NCBI RefSeq assembly: GCF_049337375.1
Contig: NZ_JBMPIV010000015.1
Reading direction: 5' to 3' (one strand)
DNA length: 64,000 nt
DNA from: Nannocystis pusilla
GTDB taxonomy: Bacteria; Myxococcota_A; Polyangia; Nannocystales; Nannocystaceae
Shown here: piece after piece, positions 8,381-17,315 of the stretch
How the letters are laid out: every line of letters starts with the position of its first letter
Numbering within the stretch: position 1 is the first letter of the stretch
Notes under the pieces: generated by a model
The model's database searches: none
Seen by the model: only the letters and a program-made list of their open reading frames with translations
Told to the model about the DNA's origin: nothing
Made by a program: the position numbers and the translations under genes

Positions 8381-9310
8381 TCAGCGGCCCTTCAGCGCGG
8401 CGATGAGGCGCGGCTGGAGCTCGGGGATGATGACGAACACCCAGCCCAGCTGCGCCTTGACGCCGTCGACGAGGATCGCCCAGCGGTGGCGCTCGTCGAG
8501 CTCGATGACGAAGATCAGGAGGCCGTTGTCGCCCTCGATGATGAACTTGTTGATGCCCTTGGCGAGGGCGTCCTCCGAGCGGGTCAGCGCGTTGTGCAGC
8601 TGCTCGGACAGGCGGTTGAACATGGCGCACGCCTTGGGCGCCGAGTTGATGCCCGCGAGCGACATGCCCGAGGCCTTGCTGATGATGTCGACGCTGATGA
8701 GGCCGCCCATGAGGTGGTCGTCGAGCTCCTCGAGGATGGCCTTCACGACCTTGAGGTCCATGTCTGACAGCTCCTTGTCGCGCGCTGCAACGTTGGGGGC
8801 GGCCGCGTAGGCCGGCGTCGGTGGGGTGATGGGCAGCGGCGGAAGTGGCGGGACGGTGACCGGCGCAGCTCGCTGCGGCTTCTCGATCACCGGCACCGGC
8901 GGAGGGGAGGGCGGCGTCGCGGTGCGTGGCGGCGGCTCGCTGCGCGGCGGCGGCTCGCTGCGCGGCGGCTCGCTGCGCGGCGGGGGCTCGTTGCGCGAAG
9001 CCTCGTCGCGCTGACGGGCCCGGTCCATCAACAACGCGACGATCGAGGTGTGTCGCACCGTCTGCGGGCAGTTCTCGGGCAACTGCGAAGACGAGACGCT
9101 CCCCTCGCGCCAGTCGAGGATCGTGTTGACGGCGTCGTCACCCTGGGCCGCGCCGGTCTCGGCGTGGACGAGGTTGCCGCCCTGGAAAAACATCGCGCCG
9201 ACGCCATGCGGCGACTCGACGGACAGCTTGATCGACATGCGCGACGTCTGCGCAAGTTGCAGGATGTCCCAAAGTTCAAATCCACCGATCTGGGCGATCG
9301 TGGTTGCCAT
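8381..9310 (-). CDS. DUF4388 (N-terminal) - Pro-rich linker - Roadblock/LC7 (C-terminal) fusion protein
   Basis: N-term FELWDILQLAQTSRMSIKLSVE...GAMFFQGGNLVHAETG (DUF4388-like). EPPPRSEPPRSEPPPRSEPPPR repeats. C-term LKVVKAILEELDDHLMGGLISVDIISKASGMSLAGINS (Roadblock-like). ATG 9310 has a GGGGAGG RBS. Confidence 0.65.
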   Translation of the reverse strand: MATTIAQIGGFELWDILQLAQTSRMSIKLSVESPHGVGAMFFQGGNLVHAETGAAQGDDAVNTILDWREGSVSSSQLPENCPQTVRHTSIVALLMDRARQRDEASRNEPPPRSEPPRSEPPPRSEPPPRTATPPSPPPVPVIEKPQRAAPVTVPPLPPLPITPPTPAYAAAPNVAARDKELSDMDLKVVKAILEELDDHLMGGLISVDIISKASGMSLAGINSAPKACAMFNRLSEQLHNALTRSEDALAKGINKFIIEGDNGLLIFVIELDERHRWAILVDGVKAQLGWVFVIIPELQPRLIAALKGR

Positions 9311-9695
9311 TATTCGCCTCCCCGTGGCCCACGTGGGCCGCGACCGCGATCGGAGGGACAGCTCCCGCCGATGTTGGTCTGGGTACAATACCGCGCCTGC
9401 TCATATCTTTGGGACAGGTTCTTCACGCGAGCCTGCGGCGACGCCATCTCAGCCCAGGTCCGTGGGGCCGTAACGGCGTCGCGTGTGTCCCGTCTCACTC
9501 GGATTACGAGGTTTGGCGTCCGAACTAGCATCCGCGCTCGCCGGGCAAGCCTGCGGTCAAGGCTTTTCGCCGGCCACGCTAACACCAGCTTCGGAAAAAA
9601 GCTACGTTGGAGACACCGGACACGCTGCGCGCTGAGTGCGCAGCGCCGCACGAGTCTCCCGGGACCTGGCCGCCCGACCCTGCTCGCATCCCGCG

Positions 9696-11636
9696 TCACC
9701 GCAGCAGGGCGTAGGCCGACGTCACCAGCAAATTGGCGATCGCCAGGGGCACCGCGGCCCGCTCGAGAAAGAAGAGAGCAGCGCGCGCACGCGAGCCGGT
9801 GGCCGACGCGTGCAGCCGCTGCACGAACCATACGACCGCAGCGATCTTCGCCGCCGCCACGACTGCGCCGATGAACAGCACGAGGCCGTGGCCGCTGCCG
9901 GCGAGCGCCGCCGCGGGCAAACCACCGCCAAGGAAACAGGCGACGAACGCCGCCGCGAAGGCGAGTCGTTCGAGCCGTCCTGCCGGCGGCGCGGCCGCGA
10001 CCGCGAGGGCCACTGCAGCGGCGATCGGTTGCACGAAGATTCCCCAAGAGGGAGGGATCGCAGCACCGCCGACGAGCCCCGCTGCTTGCTCCCCCACGAG
10101 CCGCCGTGGATCGAGGGTCCCAAAGGCCAGCAACGGACCGGCGAATGCGGCGGCGAGGGCGAGGTCGCGCGACGCGAGGCGGCGGGCCAGCGCAGCCCGG
10201 TCGACGAGGCGACCGAGGCCGGCGGACACGAGGGCGACGAGATAGACGAGCCAGCCTTCACCGACGGCGATCAGCGACAGCGAAGCACCGCCCCGACCCG
10301 CGGCGCACTGCTCGACGTCCGCCGCCGAGAGGCTGCTGCCGACGCCGTCGAAGCATAGGCCGGGACCGAACGGGAACAGCGCCAGGGCGGCGAGCACCGG
10401 CAGCCAGGTGGTCCAGTTCAGCCGGGTGCGACGCGTCGAAATCCACGCCAGCGCGACGAGCGCGAGCGCCAGGGCGGTGCGGATCGCCGTGCGCCGCAGA
10501 TCGCTCGCGAGGTCGGGCGGCTCCCAGCGGAGCTCGACGATCTGGGGCGCCTCTCCCGCCGCAAAAAGGAGGCGCGCGCTACCGGAGCGAGAGGCGCCGG
10601 CGCGATCGAAGTGGTCGCGGTCGACGCGGAGGCGCAGGCTCACGGCTCCGCCGGCAGCGATCTCCCGCGGGTACTCGCGGTTCTCGATCGAGAAGGCGCC
10701 CCAGTCCGGGGTGCGGGTGTCGAAGCGGATCCGGGTCAACGGCACGGGCGCCGCGCCGTGATTCACGAGCCGCAGCTCGAGACGCTCCGCCGCCGGCGTG
10801 AACACGAGGGTCCCCGGTTCGGGGCGCACGCCCGTCGGCGGCGCGCCGCAGCCGAGCGCGAGGGCGAAGAAGAGGACGCAGGGCGCGGCGGGCGAGGTCG
10901 CGGCGCGGAGGAAGTTGCGACGCGGGAGCGGCGAGCTCGCGTGCGCGACGCGGGCGAGCGGGAGCGGCGAGGCGACCGAAGTGGACAGTCGCAGCGATAC
11001 GGCCGCGAGCGAGGAGCTCGCGCTTGCCGCCAAGCTGCGAAGAAGTGGATGCGGAGACGCTACCGCGAGCGAGGAGCTCGCCAGCGTCTCGTCGACCCCG
11101 CGCATGGCCGAAGCGGACGAAGGCGGCGACGCGACCTCGGGCCGGGTGCTCGCGCTTGCATCAAAGCTGCGAGAAAGCGGGAGCGTCGAGGTGACCTGGG
11201 GCGAGGAACTGACGCGCGTGTCGTCGATCGAAGCGGACGGTCGCAACGAAGCGACCTCGGGCGAGGTGCTCGCGCTTGCCTCGAAGCTGCGGCGAAGTGG
11301 AAGCGGCGACGCGGCCTCGGGCGGGGAGCTCGCTGGCGTCTCGTCGACGACATGCATGACCGAAGCGGACGGTCGCAGCGACGCGACCTCGAGCCGGACG
11401 CTCGCCTCTTCGAGCTGGAAGCTCGCAGGTTCCTCGTCGACGCCAGGCATGGCCGACGCGAGCTCGGGCGAGGAGCTCGCACGAAGCGGCGACTCGAGCT
11501 CGCGCGACACGACGTCCGGCGCCACGCCGTCGCAGGCCCTTGCGGCCAGGTCACTCGCCGACGAGTCCACGCGCAGCGCGACGTCGCGGCTCGCCGACGC
11601 GGGCGCAGGCGAGGCGGCGGCGCGCGGGCGGATCAT
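9696..11636 (-). CDS. large membrane protein: disordered Ser/Ala/Pro-rich repeat N-terminus, one TM, Ig-like middle region, polytopic C-terminus
   Basis: Start placed at ATG 11636 (ATGA overlap with the upstream small-ORF stop) rather than 11750. Four to five ~42-aa repeats (ASLRPSAS..VDETPASS..). Confidence 0.55.
   Translation of the reverse strand: MIRPRAAASPAPASASRDVALRVDSSASDLAARACDGVAPDVVSRELESPLRASSSPELASAMPGVDEEPASFQLEEASVRLEVASLRPSASVMHVVDETPASSPPEAASPLPLRRSFEASASTSPEVASLRPSASIDDTRVSSSPQVTSTLPLSRSFDASASTRPEVASPPSSASAMRGVDETLASSSLAVASPHPLLRSLAASASSSLAAVSLRLSTSVASPLPLARVAHASSPLPRRNFLRAATSPAAPCVLFFALALGCGAPPTGVRPEPGTLVFTPAAERLELRLVNHGAAPVPLTRIRFDTRTPDWGAFSIENREYPREIAAGGAVSLRLRVDRDHFDRAGASRSGSARLLFAAGEAPQIVELRWEPPDLASDLRRTAIRTALALALVALAWISTRRTRLNWTTWLPVLAALALFPFGPGLCFDGVGSSLSAADVEQCAAGRGGASLSLIAVGEGWLVYLVALVSAGLGRLVDRAALARRLASRDLALAAAFAGPLLAFGTLDPRRLVGEQAAGLVGGAAIPPSWGIFVQPIAAAVALAVAAAPPAGRLERLAFAAAFVACFLGGGLPAAALAGSGHGLVLFIGAVVAAAKIAAVVWFVQRLHASATGSRARAALFFLERAAVPLAIANLLVTSAYALLR
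10800..11600. repeat. intragenic tandem DNA repeats (~126 bp x 4-5) encoding the S/A/P-rich repeats
   Basis: Periodic sequence on both strands (e.g. ...gaagcggacggtcgcaacgaagcgacctcgggcgaggtgctcgcgcttgcctcgaagctgcg... recurs). Confidence 0.6.
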
Positions 11637-11980
11637 GGCGCGCGGGTCAGCGAGGGCCACGCGATCGCGGTCGCCAGACCCAGCAGGCCGAGGCCGGCGG
11701 CGCTGACCCAGAGGGCAGGTCCTTCCGGACATGTCGTGCTGGACAGGCACACCGCGGCGGTCGGCGCGAACAGGACCAGGGCCAGCGCGAGCGCGAAGCC
11801 GAGGCCGGCGAGCGCGAGGAGGCCGCCGGTGTCGACGGGCTGGCGCGGGCGCAGCTGCACCAAACTCTCGCCGGTGTCGGTCGCGGCTTGCTGCCTCGCC
11901 CGGGCGCGGACCAGGCCGGCGAGGACCCCGATGAGCCCGACGGCTGCGACGAGCGGCAGGTAGTCGAGCAGGGGGCCCAT
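11633..11980 (-). CDS. small membrane protein (115 aa, 3 TM)
   Basis: ATG directly abuts the macro-domain gene stop (TAA-ATG). Its stop overlaps the downstream start (ATGA). Confidence 0.55.
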   Translation of the reverse strand: MGPLLDYLPLVAAVGLIGVLAGLVRARARQQAATDTGESLVQLRPRQPVDTGGLLALAGLGFALALALVLFAPTAAVCLSSTTCPEGPALWVSAAGLGLLGLATAIAWPSLTRAP

Positions 11981-12508
11981 TTACGGGATGTTCCCTTCCA
12001 TGGCCAGCTCGAACACCTCGACGTCGTCGGCGTCCTTGGCCATGAGGAAGGCGCGGAGCGGGCGGTCGCCGCGGTAGACCTTGAGCTCGCTGTGGATCGC
12101 GCGAGCCGCCTCCTCGGCCGGGATCCCGAGCTCGAACGCACCCATCAACGGGACGGCGACGCTCGTGAAGCCCTTGACCTTGCAGGCCACCAGCACGGCC
12201 GCGGTGGCGCGCAGGACGTCCTCGACCTGGACGCGACCGCCGGGGCGATCGGTGTTGGGCACGTGGATGAGGTACTTCGCCTTCATCTTGCCGGCCGGCG
12301 TCACGAACGCGGCGCCGATCGCCAGCGGGGTGTGCTCCTTCACCATCGCCTCGATCTCGCGACCGGCGAGGTCGCGGATCTTGTTGGCCGGGAAGTGACT
12401 CATCACGCCCTCGGAGTTGGTCGGACAGACGAAGGCGTCGACCGCGATCTGCTCCCAGGGCAAGGTCGAGATCTGGATCTCGACGGACTCATTGATGTCG
12501 GTGGCCAC
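11981..12508 (-). CDS. macro-domain (ADP-ribose binding/processing) protein
   Basis: 175 aa. AVDAFVCPTNSEG and an internal Gly-rich region fit the macro fold (cf. ..DAIVNAANSSL..). Confidence 0.55.
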   Translation of the reverse strand: MATDINESVEIQISTLPWEQIAVDAFVCPTNSEGVMSHFPANKIRDLAGREIEAMVKEHTPLAIGAAFVTPAGKMKAKYLIHVPNTDRPGGRVQVEDVLRATAAVLVACKVKGFTSVAVPLMGAFELGIPAEEAARAIHSELKVYRGDRPLRAFLMAKDADDVEVFELAMEGNIP

Positions 12509-12521
12509 GCGCGGACCTTAC

Positions 12522-13013
12522 TCAAGCCTGCAGCATCGAGTCCAGCTCGGCGGCGATCGCGGACTCGGGCTCGTTGCGGACGGTCGAGAGCTCACGAATG
12601 ACCAGGTTCCGGGCGGTCTGCAGCATCTGCCGCTCGCCGTGCGAGAGGTTCTTGGTGTGCTTGAGGAGGCTCAGATCGCGGTACACCTCGCCGACCTCGA
12701 ACAGCGAACCCGTGCGGATCTTCTCCATGAAGCCGCGGTAGCGCCGGTTCCAGGTCTGGCGATCGCACGGGACCTCGTGGTCGCGCAGCAGATCGTAGAG
12801 CTCGTCGATCATCTCGCCGTCGGCGAGGGGACGCATGCCGTTCTCTTCGGCCTTGGCCACCGGCACGATGATCTTCAGGCCAGAGCCGAGGACGCGCAGG
12901 TGATAGAACTGGAAGGGGCGCGACTCGATGATTTTCGTCTCGAGGGCCATGACCTCGGCGACACCGTGAGTCGGGTAAACGGCCTTCTCACCAACGTTGA
13001 ATCGGGGTTGCAT
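12522..13013 (-). CDS. cdnL: CarD-family RNA-polymerase-binding transcription factor
   Basis: MQPRFNVGEKAVYPTHGVAEVMALE... matches the CarD/CdnL N-terminal RNAP-interacting domain. 163 aa. Confidence 0.8.
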   Translation of the reverse strand: MQPRFNVGEKAVYPTHGVAEVMALETKIIESRPFQFYHLRVLGSGLKIIVPVAKAEENGMRPLADGEMIDELYDLLRDHEVPCDRQTWNRRYRGFMEKIRTGSLFEVGEVYRDLSLLKHTKNLSHGERQMLQTARNLVIRELSTVRNEPESAIAAELDSMLQA

Positions 13014-13476
13014 CGGCAGTTCGTCTCCAGGCGTTTGCGCGCGCCCCTCTGCACCTCTTGTGCCGCCGACTCGTCGACGGGCGTCGTGGGGACGATTTCC
13101 CCCACCTTCAGGGTAGTTCGGGACAGTTGGGCCCGGTGCAGTCGAGCTCGGCGCGTCGGCGCAGGGTGCTCCTTAAGCGGAAAAAAGGCCCAGGGGGCCG
13201 ATCGGGGCGATCCTGCGGGTGACTGCGCCGCCAGTGGATGGCGCGGCGGAAAGGGCGAAGAAGCAGCGACAAGCCAAGGGGGTCGGTATTCGGACGGCCG
13301 CCCGGACACCGGTCGGCCACTTGCCGGCCATCGCGAGGCCAGCAGTCAGGTGGCTACTAAGGGTGGCTACGATTGTGGCCACCCCGGACGAGCGGGTTTG
13401 CCCGCCTGTCGGGCAAAGTAGATAGCAGCCGGGTGAGGCGCGTCCAGTGAAAAGAACGGTGTGAACCTGGCATATC

Positions 13477-14175
13477 TCACTGCAGGGCCACGATCCGCCA
13501 TCCCTGAGGAGTCTGCTCGAGCGTCAGGGCGCGCCCGGGCTCGTAGCGCAGGATCGCGCGTTCCATCCCCGGCGTGAACTCAATTGCCCCAGGTTGCTTC
13601 AGGAGTTGCTCCAGAAGGTCGGCCCGGCGGTTCCAGTCGTCGCGGAGGCGCGAAGAGAGATCGTCTGCGAGTAGCGCGGAAAGCGCGCCGAGATCGGCCC
13701 GCCGGACGGCCGTCAAAAAGGCCCGAATCGCGCTGGCCGGGGTCGAGAGGTCCGGCAAGCCCGGCAGGCCGGTCACGACCTGGTAATGACCGCCGACCTG
13801 CACCCAGGCGAGGACGGCGCCGTCGTGGATGGTCTCGCCGCCCCGCATCGGCGTCTTGAGCGCCGGAGGCAGCGTGTCGAGCGCGGCCCTGGCCGCCGAG
13901 CGCTCGGCTGCCTGCGCTTTCCAGCGCGCCGTGAACGCCTCCTTCGAGGTCGCGGCGCGCAGCTCCGGGCTGAGCAGAGCGTACGCAGCGGCCGGATCGT
14001 CGGCGGCCAGAGCGCGCGCATAGGCGTCGCGCAACGCTTCAGGGCTGCGCGCGCCGCCACCGCCGCGACAGGCCAGCAGCAACAGACCGGCGAGCAACAA
14101 GGATGAGCGGCGACGTACGGGCCGCCGAATGCCGGGTGCGCGGAGCGTGGGCAAGGCTCGATGGATTCCTGTCAC
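13477..14175 (-). CDS. lipoprotein, hypothetical
   Basis: Signal peptide with lipobox LLLLAC. Confidence 0.5.
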   Translation of the reverse strand: MTGIHRALPTLRAPGIRRPVRRRSSLLLAGLLLLACRGGGGARSPEALRDAYARALAADDPAAAYALLSPELRAATSKEAFTARWKAQAAERSAARAALDTLPPALKTPMRGGETIHDGAVLAWVQVGGHYQVVTGLPGLPDLSTPASAIRAFLTAVRRADLGALSALLADDLSSRLRDDWNRRADLLEQLLKQPGAIEFTPGMERAILRYEPGRALTLEQTPQGWRIVALQ

Positions 14176-14190
14176 AAAGGCCAGGTCGGC

Positions 14191-15804
14191 TCAGGCCTTG
14201 GGCCCGCTGCGCTTGTCGAGGATGATGTCGTGCGCGTACTCGTCGCGCGTGGTCGGGTAGTCGATCGTGTAGTGGAGGCCGCGCGACTCCTTGCGCTGGC
14301 GGGCGCACTCGATGATGAGGCTGCCGACCAGAGAGATGTTGCGCAGCTCGAGCACGTCGCGGGTGACGCGGAATTTCCAGTAGTACTCGAGAATCTCCTC
14401 GCGGATGAGGTCGAGCCGCCGCCGCCCGCGCTCGAGCCGCTTGTCCGAGCGGACGATGCCGACGAAGTTCCACATGGCGGCGCGCACCTCTTCCCAGTTG
14501 GCCGAGACCATGACTGCCTCGTCCGACTCGCGCGCGGCGCCCTCGTTCCACGGGCTGACGTGGTCGGGCGGGCCGCGGCCGAAGTCGTCGCAGGCCTGGG
14601 CGGCGCCGTCGGCGAGGACGACCGCCTCGAGCAGACTGTTGGAGGCCAGGCGGCAGGCGCCGTGGAGGCCGCTCATCGCGACCTCGCCGATCGCCATCAG
14701 CCCGGGGACGTCGGTGCGGCCGTGGCGATCGACGACGATGCCGCCGCACATGTAGTGGGCCGCGGGGACCACGGGGATCGGGTCCTTGCGCATGTCGATG
14801 CCGACCGACATGCAGCGGGCGTGGATCGCCGGGAAGCGGCTGACCACGTAGTCCGGATCGAGGTGCGTCATGTCGAGGAACACGCAGCGCTCGCCCGACC
14901 GCTTGAGCTCGGCGTCGATCTCGCGGGCGACCACGTCGCGCGGGGCGAGCGAGCCCATCGGGTGCCGCTCGGCCATGAGGTCGCTGCCGTCGGCCCGCCG
15001 CAGGATGCCGCCCTCGCCGCGCAGCGCCTCGGAGATCAAGAAGGTGTTGGCGTCGGGGTGGTGCAGGCAGGTCGGGTGGAACTGCATGAACTCGAGGTTG
15101 CCGACCGAGGCGCCGATCCGGTAGGCGACCGCGACGCCGTCGGCGGTGGCGACCGCCGGGTTGGTCGTATAGCGGTAGACGCGGCCGGCCCCGCCGGTGG
15201 CGAGGACCGTGATCGGGGCGACGAATGCCTCGACCCGGTCGGCGGCGTTGTTGAGCGCATACACGCCGAAGCAGCCGCGGCTGCCGTCGACCTTGGTCCA
15301 GCTCAGGAGGTCGATGACGGTGTGGTGCTCGTGGATCGTGATGTTCGGGTGGGCGTGCGCGGCCGCCAGCAGGGCGCGCTCGATCTCGTAGCCGGTGGTG
15401 TCGCGGTGATGCACGACGCGGCGGCGCGAGTGGCCGCCCTCCCGCCCGAGCTCGAAGGGGGCGTGCTCGTCGCCGCCGACGCGATCGAAGTGGACGCCGT
15501 AGCGCTCGGCCAGGCGCCGCACGAGGGTGGGCCCGCGCTGGACGGCGTAGGTGACCATGTCACGGTTGCACAGGCCGGCGCCGACGGTCAGCGTGTCCTC
15601 GATGTGCTCCTCGAGCGAGTCGTCGCCCGCGAACACGGCCGAGATCCCGCCCTGGGCCCAGCGGGTGTTGCTCGACTCGGCGCGGTGCTTGGTGAGGATC
15701 ACCACCGGCCCGCGATCCGCGACCTCGAGGGCGAAGTAGAGGCCCGCGAGCCCGCTGCCGAGCACGAGGTAGCGCGCGTGGTGGATCGGCGTGCTGGCAA
15801 TCAT
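14191..15804 (-). CDS. nadB: L-aspartate oxidase
   Basis: FAD-binding LVLGSGLAGL. Flavoprotein motifs throughout (RSxRGLHY-like ...KESRGLHYT). Start re-derived at MIASTPIHH (ATG 15804), dropping a 112-aa Arg/Pro-rich extension. Confidence 0.9.
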   Translation of the reverse strand: MIASTPIHHARYLVLGSGLAGLYFALEVADRGPVVILTKHRAESSNTRWAQGGISAVFAGDDSLEEHIEDTLTVGAGLCNRDMVTYAVQRGPTLVRRLAERYGVHFDRVGGDEHAPFELGREGGHSRRRVVHHRDTTGYEIERALLAAAHAHPNITIHEHHTVIDLLSWTKVDGSRGCFGVYALNNAADRVEAFVAPITVLATGGAGRVYRYTTNPAVATADGVAVAYRIGASVGNLEFMQFHPTCLHHPDANTFLISEALRGEGGILRRADGSDLMAERHPMGSLAPRDVVAREIDAELKRSGERCVFLDMTHLDPDYVVSRFPAIHARCMSVGIDMRKDPIPVVPAAHYMCGGIVVDRHGRTDVPGLMAIGEVAMSGLHGACRLASNSLLEAVVLADGAAQACDDFGRGPPDHVSPWNEGAARESDEAVMVSANWEEVRAAMWNFVGIVRSDKRLERGRRRLDLIREEILEYYWKFRVTRDVLELRNISLVGSLIIECARQRKESRGLHYTIDYPTTRDEYAHDIILDKRSGPKA

Positions 15805-15875
15805 GGTGCTGGGGCGAAAGTAGCAGAGCGGCGGGGCCGGTCGACAAGGGTCCGCCGCGGCGATAGGCTGGGCCC

Positions 15876-16637
15876 GTGGGAGCGGAACGGCCCGTGTCGC
15901 GGCGACAGGCCTGGCAGGTGCAGGGCGCCTGCGCGGCGGTGCTGGCGGCGATCCTGAGCGCGCTTCCGGGGCCGGTCGGCGCGGCCGAGCCGAGCTACCG
16001 CCGCTACACGGACGCGCAGGGGGTGGTCCACGTGACGCCAGTGCGCGCTGTCGGCGCGGGACGGCGCGAGGTCGAGGAGATGCCGGGCAGCGGCGGCGAG
16101 GGCGGGGCGCCGAAGACGGCGGCGGCCGAGGCGGAACCATCGGCGCCGCGCCGAGATCCGCAGGTGGAGGTCGCGGAGGCGCTGGCCGACGAACGCTCGC
16201 GCCGCTGGGAGACGCACATCCGCGGGGCGGCGCGGCTGTATCAGCTGCCGGAGTCGCTGGTGCGCGCGGTGATTCACACCGAGAGCAACTACTATCCCGG
16301 GGCGGTCAGCAGCACCGGGGCGATGGGGCTGATGCAGCTGATGCCGTCGACTGCGCGTTTCCTCGGGGTCCAGCAGCCGTTCGAGCCGCGCCAGAGCATC
16401 TACGGCGGGGCCAAGTTCCTGCGCCTCCTGGCCAACCGGTTCGGCGGCGATATGGTGCTGGTGGCGGCCGGTTACTTCTCGGGGGCCGGCGCGGTGCAGA
16501 AGTACGGCGGGGTACCGCCACACCCGGGGGTGCGTGCGTACGTGAAGGCGGTCCTGCGCCGGTTCTATGCGTACGAGCGGCTGCTTCAGGACGGGGCCGG
16601 CGGGGCGAGCCCCGCGCGGGCCATCGCCGGGCCGTGA
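15876..16637 (+). CDS. lytic transglycosylase (SLT domain), secreted
   Basis: AVIHTESNYYPGAVSSTGAMGLMQLMPSTA catalytic motif. N-terminal signal peptide. Confidence 0.8.
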   Translation: MGAERPVSRRQAWQVQGACAAVLAAILSALPGPVGAAEPSYRRYTDAQGVVHVTPVRAVGAGRREVEEMPGSGGEGGAPKTAAAEAEPSAPRRDPQVEVAEALADERSRRWETHIRGAARLYQLPESLVRAVIHTESNYYPGAVSSTGAMGLMQLMPSTARFLGVQQPFEPRQSIYGGAKFLRLLANRFGGDMVLVAAGYFSGAGAVQKYGGVPPHPGVRAYVKAVLRRFYAYERLLQDGAGGASPARAIAGP

Positions 16638-16667
16638 GCCGCCGCCGATCTCGCAAGACCTCGCGTC

Positions 16668-17315
16668 TTGTCTTGGACCTGGCCCGAGCTTCGCGGTAGG
16701 CTCCCGCGGCTTTCTGTGAAGAGGTACGAAGGCTTCCGCCGGGAGATCCTGAATCTCCCCAACATGATCACCATCGGCCGGGTGTTCCTCATCCCGCCGG
16801 TGCTCATGCTGATCGACAAGACCGATCCGTGGCGCTGCGTGCTCGCGTCGCTGCTGTTCACGGTCGCGTCGCTGCTCGACCTGATCGACGGCTGGCTGGC
16901 CCGCCGCTCCGGCCTGGTGACGGTGTTCGGCAAGTTCGTCGACCCGCTCGCCGACAAGATCATGGTGGCGGCGGTGCTCATCTATCTGGTGATGGACGAC
17001 CGCGCGCCAGCCTGGCTGGTGGTGCTGCTGCTGACCCGCGAGTTCTACATCAACGGCCTGCGCTCGCTCGCCAGCTCGGAGAACATCATCATCGCGGCCA
17101 GCGCCGGCGGTAAGGCGAAGACGGCGTTCCAGCTGACGGGCATCTCGTTCCTTCTGATGCACTACCGCTACCGCCTGCCGGGCATCGAGGAGGCGCTCGA
17201 CTTCCATCGCGTCGGCCTGGTGCTGCTCGGGCTGTCGGTGTTCGTGTCGATCAAGAGCGCGGTCGACTACACGTTCGGCTTCCGCGAGGCGCTGGCGCAG
17301 AAGAACGCCGAGTGA
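16668..17315 (+). CDS. pgsA: CDP-alcohol phosphatidyltransferase (PgsA-like)
   Basis: D-G-x2-A-R...G...D-x3-D motif (DLIDGWLARRSGLVTVFGKFVDPLADK). The true start may be ATG ~16764 (MITIGRV). Confidence 0.8.
   Translation: MSWTWPELRGRLPRLSVKRYEGFRREILNLPNMITIGRVFLIPPVLMLIDKTDPWRCVLASLLFTVASLLDLIDGWLARRSGLVTVFGKFVDPLADKIMVAAVLIYLVMDDRAPAWLVVLLLTREFYINGLRSLASSENIIIAASAGGKAKTAFQLTGISFLLMHYRYRLPGIEEALDFHRVGLVLLGLSVFVSIKSAVDYTFGFREALAQKNAE

Noticed and set aside
9255-9285. tRNA-like T-arm sequence ggttcaaatccacc.
   Set aside because: It lies inside the DUF4388 coding sequence (FELWDILQ). No acceptor stem or anticodon arm can be built. No tRNA is called anywhere in the window.
15804-16140. N-terminal extensions on the ORF-track models of nadB, lspA (both copies), sucD, the epimerases, msrP, the AAA ATPase, the response regulator and HMGS (739..1188).
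   Set aside because: The extensions are Arg/Pro-rich, overlap neighbouring genes or intergenic repeats, and precede conserved N-terminal motifs. Internal starts with RBS or coupling overlaps were chosen instead.
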